NCBI RefSeq assembly: GCF_003072485.1
Contig: NZ_CP025989.1
Location: 330,001-362,000 of the forward strand
Direction of reading: 5' to 3'
Source of the DNA: Candidatus Fokinia solitaria
GTDB lineage: Bacteria; Pseudomonadota; Alphaproteobacteria; Rickettsiales; Midichloriaceae
Length of the DNA: 32,000 nucleotides
Position numbers and translations under genes: made by a program. Shown one piece after another: positions 16,570 through 26,985 of the stretch. Every line of letters starts with the position of its first letter. Within the stretch, counting starts at the first letter, position 1. Under the pieces are notes generated by a model, which saw only the letters and a list, made by a program, of their open reading frames with translations, did no database searches and was not told the origin of the DNA.

Positions 16570-18534
16570 TCAATATGTTGTATAGTTCTTTATACCGTAC
16601 TTCTGACGTAAATGCGCTAAATACTCATAGTATATGATTGAATCGTACATATGTTTTACTTTGCTATAAAATTCACTTGTTTGAATCAAATTGTATGATT
16701 GTATCGAGGGATATCGTATACTCTCTAAGCTTGCAAAGCATATTTCATTTTCTGCACATAAGACCAATTTTGTGACAGGTTCAGGTACGGATAAATGCTG
16801 TAAACTTTCAACTATTGTATTATCGATGTTAGTTTGATTATCTAATTTATCTATTATAATTTTCTGCTTTGTAATGCTACTCTTGATATCACTTTGCTGA
16901 AGACACTTTGAGTGAATTTCTTGTATTGTAGCACTACTGCTGTTTAGTCGTTTCTGATAGTACAGATTTGAGATATTTCCTTGTATACAAGCATGGAAGG
17001 GAGAAATTTTTTCAATGCCGAATGCGAGTCTTTTATATTTTCGTATTATCTTATCTGCAATCTTCTTAATTTCCTCAAATGAAAGGCGTTTTGCGCGCAT
17101 GATATCGGAGACTCGAATAACATATATTGTTTTATGCGCATCGTCATTAACGATTTCTATAATATCGACAGCTTTATTGTTTTTCAGCTGAAATGCAGCA
17201 TCTGCAACTTCTTGATCTGTGACTAATTGATATGTTTTTACAGCATTAAAGTTTTGAATTTCTGACAGCAACACCTCTTCTACGATTTTATTTGGTGTTT
17301 TTTGCGTTAAAACGTCAAATTTGATTTGCTTATTATATCTTTTAGAAATGGATGTTAGATCTGAAAGCTGCGAATTTTCTAATTCTTCAGATATTTTGTC
17401 AATTGCTATCAATTGTTTATTTTTGCGTATTGCCTCAGCTGCTTTTGTAATAACGGCAGGAGAATTAATATCTTCATATTGAGCTTGATATATTTTTTGA
17501 ATAAGGAAAATATGCCATCCTATAGGCGTGGAGAATGGTCCTATATACTCATTAACGCTAGAAGAAAAAAGCTTTTCATTTAATATTTGATATTGTTCAA
17601 ATGTCTCTTTATTGACCTTTTCAAGTAGAGGCGCTGCATCAAGTAATAGAGATGCAGTATATTTCTTCTTTAATTCAGCGATAGATATTGCAGGCTTGAG
17701 ACGTATATCATCATATGCTTTGAGAGCGCTATCGTAATCTTTAAAAACTATCTGCGCGATATCTCTTTTTTCCGCGACGAAAAACATCTCTTTATTCTGA
17801 TTATAAAACTCCTCTATTTCCGCATGTGTTATTTTATCAGTAGGTATCTCGGACGATTCTATCAAAATATACTCTACTTTTCTCCTTTCTGGTATATTGG
17901 TATCAACTTTCATCTCATTGATGAATTTCGCTATCTCTTCTTCTGTTATCTGAATTTCTGGAATCTTATATTTGTATAACTGTATCGTTTTTGTATTTAC
18001 TAATGCAGGTGTCAACATATCAACAGTTTCCTGTGGCACTATCGTATATTCAAAGAAACGTAAAAGCTGCTTTTTCAATATTTCGTTCTTCATTTTATCA
18101 ATGAATTTTTCTTCGGGAATATTGTACTGCTTTAAAGTTTCTTTGTATTTTAGTACGTTAAATTTACCCTCTTCGGTGAAATCTTTAATCTTGCTAAGCT
18201 CTTTTTTTAGCATTTTATCCGACACTACAAGTCCAATTTGATTTGCTTCTTCGGAAAGCATCGTTTCCTCTATCAGTGTTTTTATAGTCATTACTCTAAT
18301 AGTTTCCGCAGGATATCCAAGCATTTTATCTGCAAGTTTATGCATTGCAATTTTGATATCTTGCTCAGTAATTACAGCGTTGCCTACTTTTATAGTGGTA
18401 CTTTTACTACTTTTTAAGTGACTGATTATTAGATCTCCTGCACACATTGAGATTACTCCAAGTAAAAGAAAGATTTGTAATATCGATTTATTGGATATAC
18501 GCTTAAACATTGTTTTACTGTTACCGTTATGCAT
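16570..18534 (-). CDS. periplasmic chaperone / parvulin-type peptidyl-prolyl isomerase (PpiD/SurA-like)
   Basis: 654 aa. It has an N-terminal membrane anchor (ILQIFLLLGVISMCAG), a SurA-N-like start, and a parvulin-like GPFSTPIGWHIFLIQK segment. The size is typical of PpiD-like proteins in reduced alphaproteobacteria. Confidence 0.6.
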   Translation of the reverse strand: MHNGNSKTMFKRISNKSILQIFLLLGVISMCAGDLIISHLKSSKSTTIKVGNAVITEQDIKIAMHKLADKMLGYPAETIRVMTIKTLIEETMLSEEANQIGLVVSDKMLKKELSKIKDFTEEGKFNVLKYKETLKQYNIPEEKFIDKMKNEILKKQLLRFFEYTIVPQETVDMLTPALVNTKTIQLYKYKIPEIQITEEEIAKFINEMKVDTNIPERRKVEYILIESSEIPTDKITHAEIEEFYNQNKEMFFVAEKRDIAQIVFKDYDSALKAYDDIRLKPAISIAELKKKYTASLLLDAAPLLEKVNKETFEQYQILNEKLFSSSVNEYIGPFSTPIGWHIFLIQKIYQAQYEDINSPAVITKAAEAIRKNKQLIAIDKISEELENSQLSDLTSISKRYNKQIKFDVLTQKTPNKIVEEVLLSEIQNFNAVKTYQLVTDQEVADAAFQLKNNKAVDIIEIVNDDAHKTIYVIRVSDIMRAKRLSFEEIKKIADKIIRKYKRLAFGIEKISPFHACIQGNISNLYYQKRLNSSSATIQEIHSKCLQQSDIKSSITKQKIIIDKLDNQTNIDNTIVESLQHLSVPEPVTKLVLCAENEICFASLESIRYPSIQSYNLIQTSEFYSKVKHMYDSIIYYEYLAHLRQKYGIKNYTTY

Positions 18535-18605
18535 GGTATTAGTTTTATATTCTCAATCTGATTTCGTCTAGCTTAGTCTTAAGTGAACTTTGGTATTGTA
18601 TCTGT

Positions 18606-19829
18606 ATGCAACTTTGGAAAAAATCGATTATCGGTATGCTTGGAGGAATACTATGCGGGGTATTTCTTCGTTACTATCATTGTGAATACGGTGTATTGAT
18701 ATTGAATTGTATGGAGGTACTTTCGACTCTTTACACCAATGCTTTAAAGATGATGATCATACCAGTAGTATTCTTCGCTGTGCTATTTGGTATTGTTAAT
18801 ACATCTGATATACAGCAATTTAAGAAAGTAGGGCTAAAAGCCATAGCAGTATGTGTTGTGAGTGCGATTATATCTTCTGGAATAGGATTGAGTCTCGGTA
18901 TTGTGATGCAGCCAGGAAGTGGAGTGAGTATTCAGTTGAGTGAAGAAGGCAATACATCGCAAAATGAGTTAGGGCACTTTATAGGAAATATTATACCGTC
19001 TAATCCGTTTGAAGCAATGTGTGCAGGAAATACGCTACAGGTTGTAGTTTTTGCATTTATTATTGGAATTGGTATCTTACTTACCCCTCATAGAGATGAA
19101 GCGAAAAAATTCGTGATTGTTACATCACAGATTCTTTTTAAAGTGATGGAAATTGTGATGAATTTTGCACCATATGGAGTATTCGCGATCATTTTATGTA
19201 TGACGGCAAAGCATGGATATGATGTACTGCATGGCCTTGGAAAGCTGTCAGGAGTGATCTTAGTAGGATTATGCGTCCAATATGTTGTCTTTCTATTAGC
19301 TGCGCGATTGATTAAGATTAAGCCGTTTCGTCTTCAACGCAAACTGTTTGAAACGCAAATGTTAGCATTTTCTACTTCATCATCTAAAGCTTGTATAGTG
19401 AAAGCGATAGACTTGCTACAGCATAAATTAGGAGTTTCGAGTAAGATTGCGAATTTCATATTACCACTAAGTACATCGGTAAATATGTCAGCGATTTCAA
19501 TTAGTTTGAGTATTAGCGCTTTATTCTTTGCGCAAGCGCTTGGTATGACAATCTCTACGATGGATTATTGTATAATAGTTCTCACCTCTACTCTTGGTGC
19601 TATAGGTGGCGCTGGTATACCAAGCGGCACTATTGTAATGATGAGTTTAGTATTATCATCTGTAGGTATTTCAGCAAGTGTAATACCGCTTCTTATAGGA
19701 TTTGATAGAGTACTTGATATGTGTAGAACTGTAATTAATATCACCGGAGATATCGTACTTACGTTGATAATGGCGAAGATTGAAGGTGAATTGGATCTAT
19801 TTGAGTGCAATAAGAGTGAAAAAATATGA
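18606..19829 (+). CDS. dicarboxylate/amino acid:cation symporter (GltP/DctA family)
   Basis: 407 aa and polytopic. It has FSTSSSKA, GAGIPSGT and DRVLDMCRTVINITGD, which are DAACS-family hallmarks. It overlaps dnaB by 4 nt (ATGA). Confidence 0.85.
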   Translation: MQLWKKSIIGMLGGILCGVFLRYYHCEYGVLILNCMEVLSTLYTNALKMMIIPVVFFAVLFGIVNTSDIQQFKKVGLKAIAVCVVSAIISSGIGLSLGIVMQPGSGVSIQLSEEGNTSQNELGHFIGNIIPSNPFEAMCAGNTLQVVVFAFIIGIGILLTPHRDEAKKFVIVTSQILFKVMEIVMNFAPYGVFAIILCMTAKHGYDVLHGLGKLSGVILVGLCVQYVVFLLAARLIKIKPFRLQRKLFETQMLAFSTSSSKACIVKAIDLLQHKLGVSSKIANFILPLSTSVNMSAISISLSISALFFAQALGMTISTMDYCIIVLTSTLGAIGGAGIPSGTIVMMSLVLSSVGISASVIPLLIGFDRVLDMCRTVINITGDIVLTLIMAKIEGELDLFECNKSEKI

Positions 19830-21238
19830 AAAAATCAACTGAGATTCCACATAGTGTGGAGTTAGAAATGGAAGTATTGGCGAAACTTTTTATTAATAAC
19901 GATGAAATAGATACCGTATCTGAACTTATATCGGCGCGATATTTCTATATACCGATTCACAGTAGGATATATGAGATTATGATGCAGCTATACAGTAGAG
20001 GATTACCTGCGTCACTTTCTACCGTTAAAGGATATATTAGTAGAGAATTTACTGATATCGATGTCTCACAATATGTAAAAGAATTGATAGAATTAGCCTC
20101 TCCATTCAGTGGCATAGAGAAGCTATGCTTTGCACTTCGCGAGTTATATCTCAAAAGAGAATTGATAAAACTCAGCGAGAGATCGATCAGTAATTGTTAT
20201 GATGATGAGTTGAAACTCACTGCTTCTGTCTGTATAGAGAAAATGGAAAGTGAACTTTTTAATGTTGCAATTAATTCCGGAGAACAAAGGACATTACAGC
20301 ACCTTAGCGAGGTAACGAGAAAGAATATGAAGAACCTTGATGCTGCTATCGATAGCGGAAGGGCGATTAGTGGCACTACTACAGGATTTTACGATATGGA
20401 TCATCTCACAGGAGGGTTACATCCATCAGATTTGATGATTATAGCGGCGCGTCCATCTATGGGGAAAACTGCTTTCGCATTAAAAATAGCATATAATGTT
20501 GCAAAGCATTACTATGATGAGAAAATAAATAAAGCCGTAGCTTTTTTCTCGCTTGAAATGTCTGCAGAGCAACTTGGTGCACGTCTTATATCAATGACTA
20601 CAGGAATAGATGGACATAGATTACGCAATGGAATGATCGATAAAAGAAAAGAGCTTCCACAGATCAATGAGAAAATTCAAGAGATTAATGCTTTACCGAT
20701 TCTTATTGATGATACCGCTGCGCTAACAATAGCATCGATCAAAGCGAAAGCGCGAAGAATTAAGAGAACTCATAACGTCGGTTTAATAGTTGTAGATTAT
20801 CTCCAGCTAGCTAGAGCATCCAATATCAATAGTAATACAAATAGAGTGCAAGAAATCGGCGAAATATCTCAGGGATTAAAAGCTATAGCAAAAGAATTGT
20901 CTATTCCAGTAATAGCATTATCACAGCTATCAAGAGCGGTAGAGTCGCGAGATGATAGAAGACCGATGTTACAGGATTTACGTGATAGTGGAAATATAGA
21001 ACAAGATGCAGATATAGTATGTTTCATATATAGAGAATCATACTATCTAAGCAGAGCTATAGAGCAAAATGACGGACTTAGCCCTGCAGAGAGAGGAGAA
21101 TTAGTGAATAAACGTAATATGGTAGGCAATATTGCAGAAATACTGATAGCTAAGCAAAGAAATGGACCTATAGGAACGTTTTCCACTATTTTTGAAGGAA
21201 GTACAACGAATTTTCTCAATATGGAGAGAAAAGACTGA
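19826..21238 (+). CDS. dnaB: replicative DNA helicase
   Basis: 470 aa. It has a DnaB N-terminal domain (PHSVELEMEVLAKLF), Walker A ARPSMGKTAFAL, Walker B LIVVDYLQL, and SQLSRAVESR. Confidence 0.95.
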   Translation: MKKSTEIPHSVELEMEVLAKLFINNDEIDTVSELISARYFYIPIHSRIYEIMMQLYSRGLPASLSTVKGYISREFTDIDVSQYVKELIELASPFSGIEKLCFALRELYLKRELIKLSERSISNCYDDELKLTASVCIEKMESELFNVAINSGEQRTLQHLSEVTRKNMKNLDAAIDSGRAISGTTTGFYDMDHLTGGLHPSDLMIIAARPSMGKTAFALKIAYNVAKHYYDEKINKAVAFFSLEMSAEQLGARLISMTTGIDGHRLRNGMIDKRKELPQINEKIQEINALPILIDDTAALTIASIKAKARRIKRTHNVGLIVVDYLQLARASNINSNTNRVQEIGEISQGLKAIAKELSIPVIALSQLSRAVESRDDRRPMLQDLRDSGNIEQDADIVCFIYRESYYLSRAIEQNDGLSPAERGELVNKRNMVGNIAEILIAKQRNGPIGTFSTIFEGSTTNFLNMERKD

Positions 21239-21263
21239 CGTGCTGACGTCGGCAAATTTTTTT
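21235..21263 (+). terminator. weak candidate intrinsic terminator after dnaB
   Basis: The stem ctgacg (21235-21240) / cgtcgg (21247-21252) is 6 bp including one G-U pair, with the loop tgctga. It is followed by caaa and a 7-T run at 21257-21263. The stem is short, so this is tentative. Confidence 0.3.
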
Positions 21264-21407
21264 AATATGATTTTTCAAATTTGCCTTATAGAGAAAAGTG
21301 CAATTTTTTTTATATATGGTGTAATTCAATTCAAATAAATGAATTTTATAAAAAAGCAAAGATCGTGCTATTTAAGCTGAAAATAGAAAAATGCATTAAT
21401 CGTATCG

Positions 21408-22187
21408 CTATACATTGGTGTTCTGCTTCTCTAAAAACTCTTCTGCAAGCATCATATATGAGATTGAGCCGGTACACTTAGAATCATATATAATTGCAGG
21501 CTTACCGTGAGATGGTGCTTCTGAAAGTTTTACATTTCTAGGTATTAGTGTGCGATATACTGTATCTCCTAATTCGTTTCTTACTTCTTGTACTATCTCA
21601 TGACAGATGTTGTTTCTCTTATCAAACATTGTCACTACTATACCTTCTATTTTTATTTGTGCGTTAATGGTGTTTTGCACTAATTTTATAGTATTTAAAA
21701 TGTATGCTAAACCTTCCATTGGAAGAAATTCGCACTGTAGAGGTATAATTACGCTGTTTGCACACGCAAAGGCATTTAATGTCAAAACACCAATTGATGG
21801 AGGGCAATCTATAAAAATGAAATCGTATCGTGGCAGCAATTCTTTTATTGCTGTCTTTAGAATAAGTTCAGGCATTGCTACTTTTAACAACTCCTTTTCC
21901 GCTATTGCTAATTGAATAGTAGACGTGATAATTTCCATATTATCTATATCAGCACTAACAGGTACTACAGAAGGGCTGACTTTATTCAATAGTACTTCGT
22001 ATAGAGTATAAACTCTCTTTGCATTTTCTATACCAAAGCTTGTACTTAAGTTACCTTGTGGATCGCTATCTATGAGTAATACTCTATACCCAATTACAGA
22101 GAGTGCTGTTGCGAGATTGACAACTGTTGTTGTCTTTCCTACTCCTCCTTTTTGATTTGCAACGGCTATTACTTTAGCCATGATCAA
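21408..22187 (-). CDS. parA: ParA/Soj-family partition ATPase
   Basis: 259 aa with the deviant Walker A NQKGGVGKTTT. It has typical Soj length and motifs (DSDPQGN, IDCPPS). The start is probably MAKV, two codons in. Confidence 0.85.
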   Translation of the reverse strand: MIMAKVIAVANQKGGVGKTTTVVNLATALSVIGYRVLLIDSDPQGNLSTSFGIENAKRVYTLYEVLLNKVSPSVVPVSADIDNMEIITSTIQLAIAEKELLKVAMPELILKTAIKELLPRYDFIFIDCPPSIGVLTLNAFACANSVIIPLQCEFLPMEGLAYILNTIKLVQNTINAQIKIEGIVVTMFDKRNNICHEIVQEVRNELGDTVYRTLIPRNVKLSEAPSHGKPAIIYDSKCTGSISYMMLAEEFLEKQNTNV

Positions 22188-22307
22188 TACTGCACAAGTC
22201 TATGATGAAACGTCAAAACGATTGTAATGGTGAAATACATAAAAATCCATTCTTGCGAACTTATAGCATGATATTTGCGGTGAAATCGCTAAAAGTGCTG
22301 ATAAAAA

Positions 22308-23042
22308 TCAAGAGTGAAAGAACTTTTCCACTACTTCATTATTACTGTTATTGCACTCATCGAGTGTACCACTCCATCCAATTGTACGATCTTTTATTAT
22401 TATTACGTTATCTGCGACTGTTTTTGTATAGTGCATGTCATGCGATACACTTACTACAGTGTACTTCATTTTATGATGTAGTTCGTGGATTAATGCAGAG
22501 ATTTTTTCTGATGTCTCTCTATCCAAGCCTGAAGTAGGCTCATCTAGCATCAGAAGTGTAGATTGCGTTGCTATTGCGCGTGCGATGCCTATTCTTTTCT
22601 GCATTCCGCCAGAGGATTGTTTACTGTTGCTGAAAGCTAGTTCCGGGGAAAGTTCGACCATTTTTAGGAGTGTTTTGGCACTTTCTATTAGCTCTTCATC
22701 CGTTTTGACTTCATTTATGAACTCGTTGAACATAATATCCTGCCACACGAGTAATGAGTCAAATGATGCGTTTAATTGGAAAGAAAAGCCTATTTTAGAG
22801 ATCGGAGCAGGGCGCTCTGATATATGTGAGGCGCCAACTTCATGTCCTCCTACTACTATAGATGTGCCTTTATCAGCTATCAGAAGACCACTCATGCACT
22901 TCAGAAGAACAGACTTTCCGCTACCTGATGCACCTAGTATAACGGTGGAAGTACCTGCCTTCAGATTGAAAGATATATCAGATAAAACAGTAGAACTATT
23001 GAAGCTTTTCGATAAATTCTTTACATGTATCGAGAGACTCAT
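22308..23042 (-). CDS. ABC transporter ATP-binding protein (MlaF-like)
   Basis: 244 aa. It has Walker A GASGSGKS, signature SGGMQKRIGIARA and Walker B LLMLDEPTSGLD. No permease gene is adjacent. Confidence 0.85.
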   Translation of the reverse strand: MSLSIHVKNLSKSFNSSTVLSDISFNLKAGTSTVILGASGSGKSVLLKCMSGLLIADKGTSIVVGGHEVGASHISERPAPISKIGFSFQLNASFDSLLVWQDIMFNEFINEVKTDEELIESAKTLLKMVELSPELAFSNSKQSSGGMQKRIGIARAIATQSTLLMLDEPTSGLDRETSEKISALIHELHHKMKYTVVSVSHDMHYTKTVADNVIIIKDRTIGWSGTLDECNNSNNEVVEKFFHS

Positions 23043-23053
23043 GCCAGATCTGA

Positions 23054-23194
23054 TTAAGCAGAAAGTACGTGCCGTCCCTTCGCACGTCTGTTTCTTATCA
23101 CCGCACGTCCTCCGACTGTTGCCATTCTTGCTCTAAATCCATGCCTTCTCTTTCTAACTATAGTACTTGGTTGGTAAGTTCTTTTAGTAGCCAT
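23054..23194 (-). CDS. rpmH: 50S ribosomal protein L34
   Basis: [46 protein letters not shown] (46 aa) is canonical L34. The 66-aa ORF in the track has a 20-codon upstream extension that I do not accept. Confidence 0.9.
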   Translation of the reverse strand: MATKRTYQPSTIVRKRRHGFRARMATVGGRAVIRNRRAKGRHVLSA

Positions 23195-23440
23195 TTTGAG
23201 AAAAAAATACTTAACATGCTCATGGTAAATGAAAAAAAAACGGTGCACAAGCAATTAAATTACTGTGATGCAAAAAACTTACTCAGTTATTAAAACGAAG
23301 TAGAAACGCAGCAATATAGTTTTATTTGAAGTGCACGGCATTTTGGATAGAAAAATGTACTCAATTCATGGTAAGAAGATTTTTTTAAAGCATCGCATTA
23401 TCATGCAGAATGAGGAGTATCTTACGTTTGAGATAACTGA

Positions 23441-24883
23441 TCATTTCTTCGCCGATACTGAAACATTCTCTTTCGGATACAGTGCGAGTATATGATATGA
23501 GTTCTTTAAGAACATTGCGCCATTTTGGAAAGTAGGAGTTTCATAAAATGAAGAAGGAATGCGCTCTACAGAGAGTAATTTTCCAGTTAGCATATCAAAT
23601 GTAAGACATGAATTCTTAGTATTTTTAAGAACCACTCTATTTCCCGCGACTATCGGATGAGTATATATTACATCAGTGCTAAAAATAGCTTTTATTTTCG
23701 TTATGATAGATTCTTGTACCTCTACTGCGGATTTTAGCTGATACTTCCATTGAATTAAGCCATTACATAATTTTATCGCGAGTAGCGTATTGTTTGCATC
23801 GATAAAATACCCTAAATCTCCAGCGCCAGCAATTAATGTTGTAGGATGATAAAATTTTCTCCACAGTATTTTTGATTGTTCAAGGTCGTAATATTCGATA
23901 ATGCCGTCTTTTTTAGCTATTATATATCCAGTTTTATACTGAAGGATGCTTTGCGTATATTCATTATATCTTGTAGAGATAATTGCAGAATCTTGAGAGA
24001 AAAATTCTACAAGTGGTGAGTATATAGTTGATATATTAAATCTTTTTCCTTGTGCTGTATGAACGATATTGATTTTGTATACCTTTATCGCGCCATTTGC
24101 GATAGTTTGTATTGCAATTAATGCACTATCTTGAGTTATTGGTGTGATAACGATGTTATTGTTATAAATCTCCTTTATAACTACGCCTTCTACTTTAGGG
24201 ATAGCTAACAGCATTTTTCCATCATTTTTATCAAATAGTACGAGTTCACTATTAAGAGATGATGTAATTACGAAATCGTCAAAGAATTGAGGCGTAGTGA
24301 TTAGCGGGTTACTATATGAAGAATACCAGAGAGTAGTACCTTTATTAGCATCTACTTTCATGAAGCTGCCAAATGTATCGGTGCAATATACAGCATTTTC
24401 GGATTGATTATACGATATAGATGCACCTATGTATGCACGATATCCAATTCGTAATATTTGCTTATTACTTTTTTGTTTATTGCTTCTCGAAAGAGTATCG
24501 TTACTCCATATTACATCTCCATTAGGTGAGTAGCATATTATTGTACCATGTGCGTCTATCACTACGACATTCTGAGAATTGGTAGTGATCGGATTACCGC
24601 TATTTGGATATGCAATATTTGAGAAGCATCGAAACTTTTTAGTAGTATAACCTTTGTTCCATCTGAATTTTGCATTTGCATTAATAGCAGATTGATAAGT
24701 TAGAACTTCTGTAGGATATTCGGAAGTATCGCAAGTACTGCTTGTATCGATAGTACCATGCGAAGAAAATACGGAAATTTTTTCTCCTACAATCGGTTTC
24801 TTAGAGCCCGCCATCAAATCTTCGATAGGGCCGCATCCTACTGTTGAAAGGATTGATAACAATAAAATACTAATTTTTCTCAT
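23441..24883 (-). CDS. lipoprotein with PQQ-like beta-propeller repeats (BamB-like)
   Basis: 480 aa with a lipobox signal MRKISILLLSILSTVGC. Repeated hydrophobic / G / W-x segments (e.g. GDVIWSN, GTTLWYS, SKILWRK, GLIQWKY) are typical of beta-propeller blades as in BamB. Confidence 0.5.
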   Translation of the reverse strand: MRKISILLLSILSTVGCGPIEDLMAGSKKPIVGEKISVFSSHGTIDTSSTCDTSEYPTEVLTYQSAINANAKFRWNKGYTTKKFRCFSNIAYPNSGNPITTNSQNVVVIDAHGTIICYSPNGDVIWSNDTLSRSNKQKSNKQILRIGYRAYIGASISYNQSENAVYCTDTFGSFMKVDANKGTTLWYSSYSNPLITTPQFFDDFVITSSLNSELVLFDKNDGKMLLAIPKVEGVVIKEIYNNNIVITPITQDSALIAIQTIANGAIKVYKINIVHTAQGKRFNISTIYSPLVEFFSQDSAIISTRYNEYTQSILQYKTGYIIAKKDGIIEYYDLEQSKILWRKFYHPTTLIAGAGDLGYFIDANNTLLAIKLCNGLIQWKYQLKSAVEVQESIITKIKAIFSTDVIYTHPIVAGNRVVLKNTKNSCLTFDMLTGKLLSVERIPSSFYETPTFQNGAMFLKNSYHILALYPKENVSVSAKK

Positions 24884-24993
24884 TATATTGTATACTCAAT
24901 GTGATGGTGTGCAAAAATAATACCAGCCAATGTTATTCATATAATAGTAGAAATCTAGTTATTGTGAGTATAAGTATCATAAGAAATGCGTTT

Positions 24994-25554
24994 ATGCATC
25001 GTATTTACGTCATTTTAAAAAGTAAATTGATATTCGTTTTAGCTTGGAGTGTACCGATTGCCCTTGCCATCGGTGTAGAGCAATTCTTGCATATGGCGCC
25101 TTGTGCATTATGCCTAAAAGTGCGTAAGATGTATTATCTTGGCGCATGTATTGGAATTTTTAGCATTATTTTTGAAAATAAAATTAAAAAGTGGAAGGTT
25201 GCATATGGATTATTATCTTTTATTCAAGTAGCAGTAGCGGCACTGATTGTAGCAATAAGCTTTGTGCATTTCACAGTGGAGAACAATATACAAGCTTTTC
25301 ATTTTTTAACGAAATATCAGTTATTTCAATGTTCTTTGGATAGTGGATATGATTTTCAAAATGAAGCTGAATGGATGAAATTTATACAAGGGCGTCATTT
25401 TGTCAGTTGTGCAGAAAAAAATATGATACTAGGTATATCATTCGTTACTTTAAGTCTCATATACTCTATATTTCTCGTTCTATATAGTGCTGCAAGAGTA
25501 CTACTAGAATTGTCTAATAAGTGGAAAGGATGCAAGAAGACATTGGATTTGTAA
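24994..25554 (+). CDS. disulfide bond formation protein B-like membrane protein
   Basis: Four predicted transmembrane segments, with the first-loop APCALCL (CxxC) motif typical of DsbB. I chose ATG 24994 (MHRIYVIL...) rather than the GTG at 24901 given in the ORF track. Confidence 0.5.
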   Translation: MHRIYVILKSKLIFVLAWSVPIALAIGVEQFLHMAPCALCLKVRKMYYLGACIGIFSIIFENKIKKWKVAYGLLSFIQVAVAALIVAISFVHFTVENNIQAFHFLTKYQLFQCSLDSGYDFQNEAEWMKFIQGRHFVSCAEKNMILGISFVTLSLIYSIFLVLYSAARVLLELSNKWKGCKKTLDL

Positions 25555-26189
25555 TAAGCACTTCTAACATTGATGAATATTCTGTACTATTAGATATTTT
25601 TCTCAGAAAAGGCGGGCGTATAGTTGGCGTATGTAATGCTGCTACTGCAGCTTTTTATAGAGCGTTAAAAGGCTCTCTTATAGAAGTGCAGTTGTACAGC
25701 GCTGCATCGAATAACAAATTGAGTAAATTTTATATTCAAAATTCAAAATCTATTCTTGGACGCAGTAAGTATTCTTGCTGTTTTCAGATAGTTCTTGAAA
25801 TGCTAGATGTAGTGCTAGTGCAAAAGATTGAAGCCGTATCATTATGGATGTGCCTTCAATGGATACATAGATGTATCAATAGCGATAATCTTACTTTTAA
25901 GTATATGGTAAAGCTTCATATAATATTTGAAATTGAATTGATGAATTTCTTAGGAGAGACTGACGTCTTTCAGCATATAAGTGAAAAATTAGCGTTGGAA
26001 TATCACAATGCTTCGTCTTATGACTGTGAATCGTTAAATTCACGTGCTATATATTCTGCCGCTTTATCAAGAGAGGATTATATCGCCGTTACGTCGTTCA
26101 CTGATGCTGCACTGCAGCGGTATGATAAAAGTGTTAAAAATATCAGAAAAACCCTTATTTTCATGAGAGATTTCAACGAAAAAAATTGA
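25521..26189 (+). CDS. recO: DNA repair protein RecO
   Basis: The N-terminal QEDIGFVISTSNIDEYSVLLDIFLRKGGRIVGVC resembles the RecO OB-fold start seen in Rickettsiales RecO (..DIGVII.......E...I..VFT...G...G.V). The size is about right. ATG at 25530 is the more likely start, and the gene overlaps the upstream one. Confidence 0.5.
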   Translation: MERMQEDIGFVISTSNIDEYSVLLDIFLRKGGRIVGVCNAATAAFYRALKGSLIEVQLYSAASNNKLSKFYIQNSKSILGRSKYSCCFQIVLEMLDVVLVQKIEAVSLWMCLQWIHRCINSDNLTFKYMVKLHIIFEIELMNFLGETDVFQHISEKLALEYHNASSYDCESLNSRAIYSAALSREDYIAVTSFTDAALQRYDKSVKNIRKTLIFMRDFNEKN

Positions 26190-26250
26190 TTGATACTTGA
26201 TGCGTTTTATAATACCATTTCCATGGAAACGCGAGTATGGCTTTTAGTAA

Positions 26251-26439
26251 ATGATATCACAGATTCAGAAATTTTTTAGAGAAGTAAATAATGAACGCTT
26301 CAAAGTAAATTGGCCTAGTACACGAGATTCTTTTTTCGCACTTCTTGGAATCTTTGCTTTTGCTTTGATGATGGGGCTTTTCCTATTAACTCTAGATTTT
26401 GTATCATATAGTGCAATAAAAGCATTTTTAAATGTTTAA
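26251..26439 (+). CDS. secE: preprotein translocase subunit SecE
   Basis: 62 aa. It has FFREVNNERFKVNWPSTRD followed by one transmembrane helix, and lies immediately upstream of nusG as is usual. Confidence 0.8.
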   Translation: MISQIQKFFREVNNERFKVNWPSTRDSFFALLGIFAFALMMGLFLLTLDFVSYSAIKAFLNV

Positions 26440-26451
26440 TTCAGAGAAGTT

Positions 26452-26985
26452 ATGAATGAAAATAGTATGTGGTATGTGGTATACGTGATACCTGGAAAAG
26501 AGCAGTACTTCATAGATGCTTTACAAAAAAAGAAGGAAAAAGTGGCATTTTCTGTGCTGGATATTCTTTCACCTATCGAAAAGGTGTTGGTGTCAAAGAA
26601 TAACAGAAAAAAAGAGATGGTGAAAAGAGCACTTCCTGGATACGTTTTTCTCAAGATTTCTAAGATATCCGATGAATTGATAAAATTTCTCAGAGATACT
26701 AATCATGTTTCAGGCTTCTTAGGAGGTTCGTCGCCATCTCCAATTACAGAAGAGGAAGTACAAACGATGTTGAATTCAGTACAAAGTAAGAGAGAAATGC
26801 TTGATGCTATACCGGAGTTTTGTATTGGAGATAATGTTAGTATTGTAGAAGGAGCATTTGAGGGCTTTTTAGGGATAGTGCAATCTGTAGATAAAGAAAA
26901 ATCTACACTTGGTGTAACACTATCAATATTTGGAAGAGAAAATTTAGTATCCGTAAGCTTTATGCAAGCTAAGAAAGGTAAGTAA
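26452..26985 (+). CDS. nusG: transcription termination/antitermination factor NusG
   Basis: 177 aa. It has an NGN start (WYVVYVIPGKE), PGYVFLK, and the KOW motif GDNVSIVEGAFEGFLGIVQSVD. Confidence 0.9.
   Translation: MNENSMWYVVYVIPGKEQYFIDALQKKKEKVAFSVLDILSPIEKVLVSKNNRKKEMVKRALPGYVFLKISKISDELIKFLRDTNHVSGFLGGSSPSPITEEEVQTMLNSVQSKREMLDAIPEFCIGDNVSIVEGAFEGFLGIVQSVDKEKSTLGVTLSIFGRENLVSVSFMQAKKGK

Noticed and set aside
22585-23136. 183-aa plus-strand ORF, plus the 111-aa ORF at 22202-22537
   Set aside because: Both lie entirely antisense to the well-supported ABC ATPase gene and have low-complexity, motif-free translations. They are shadow ORFs of the kind common opposite real genes.
23195-23254. 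20-codon N-terminal extension of the rpmH ORF ([20 protein letters not shown])
   Set aside because: L34 is universally ~44-46 aa and begins M-x-KRT(Y/F)QPS. The internal ATG at 23194 gives exactly that, so the extension is an upstream in-frame artefact.
24901-24993. GTG-initiated 31-codon extension of the DsbB-like ORF
   Set aside because: The extension is hydrophilic and low-complexity and precedes the first transmembrane helix. The ATG at 24994 gives a typical DsbB-like N-terminus. It is kept only as an alternative start.
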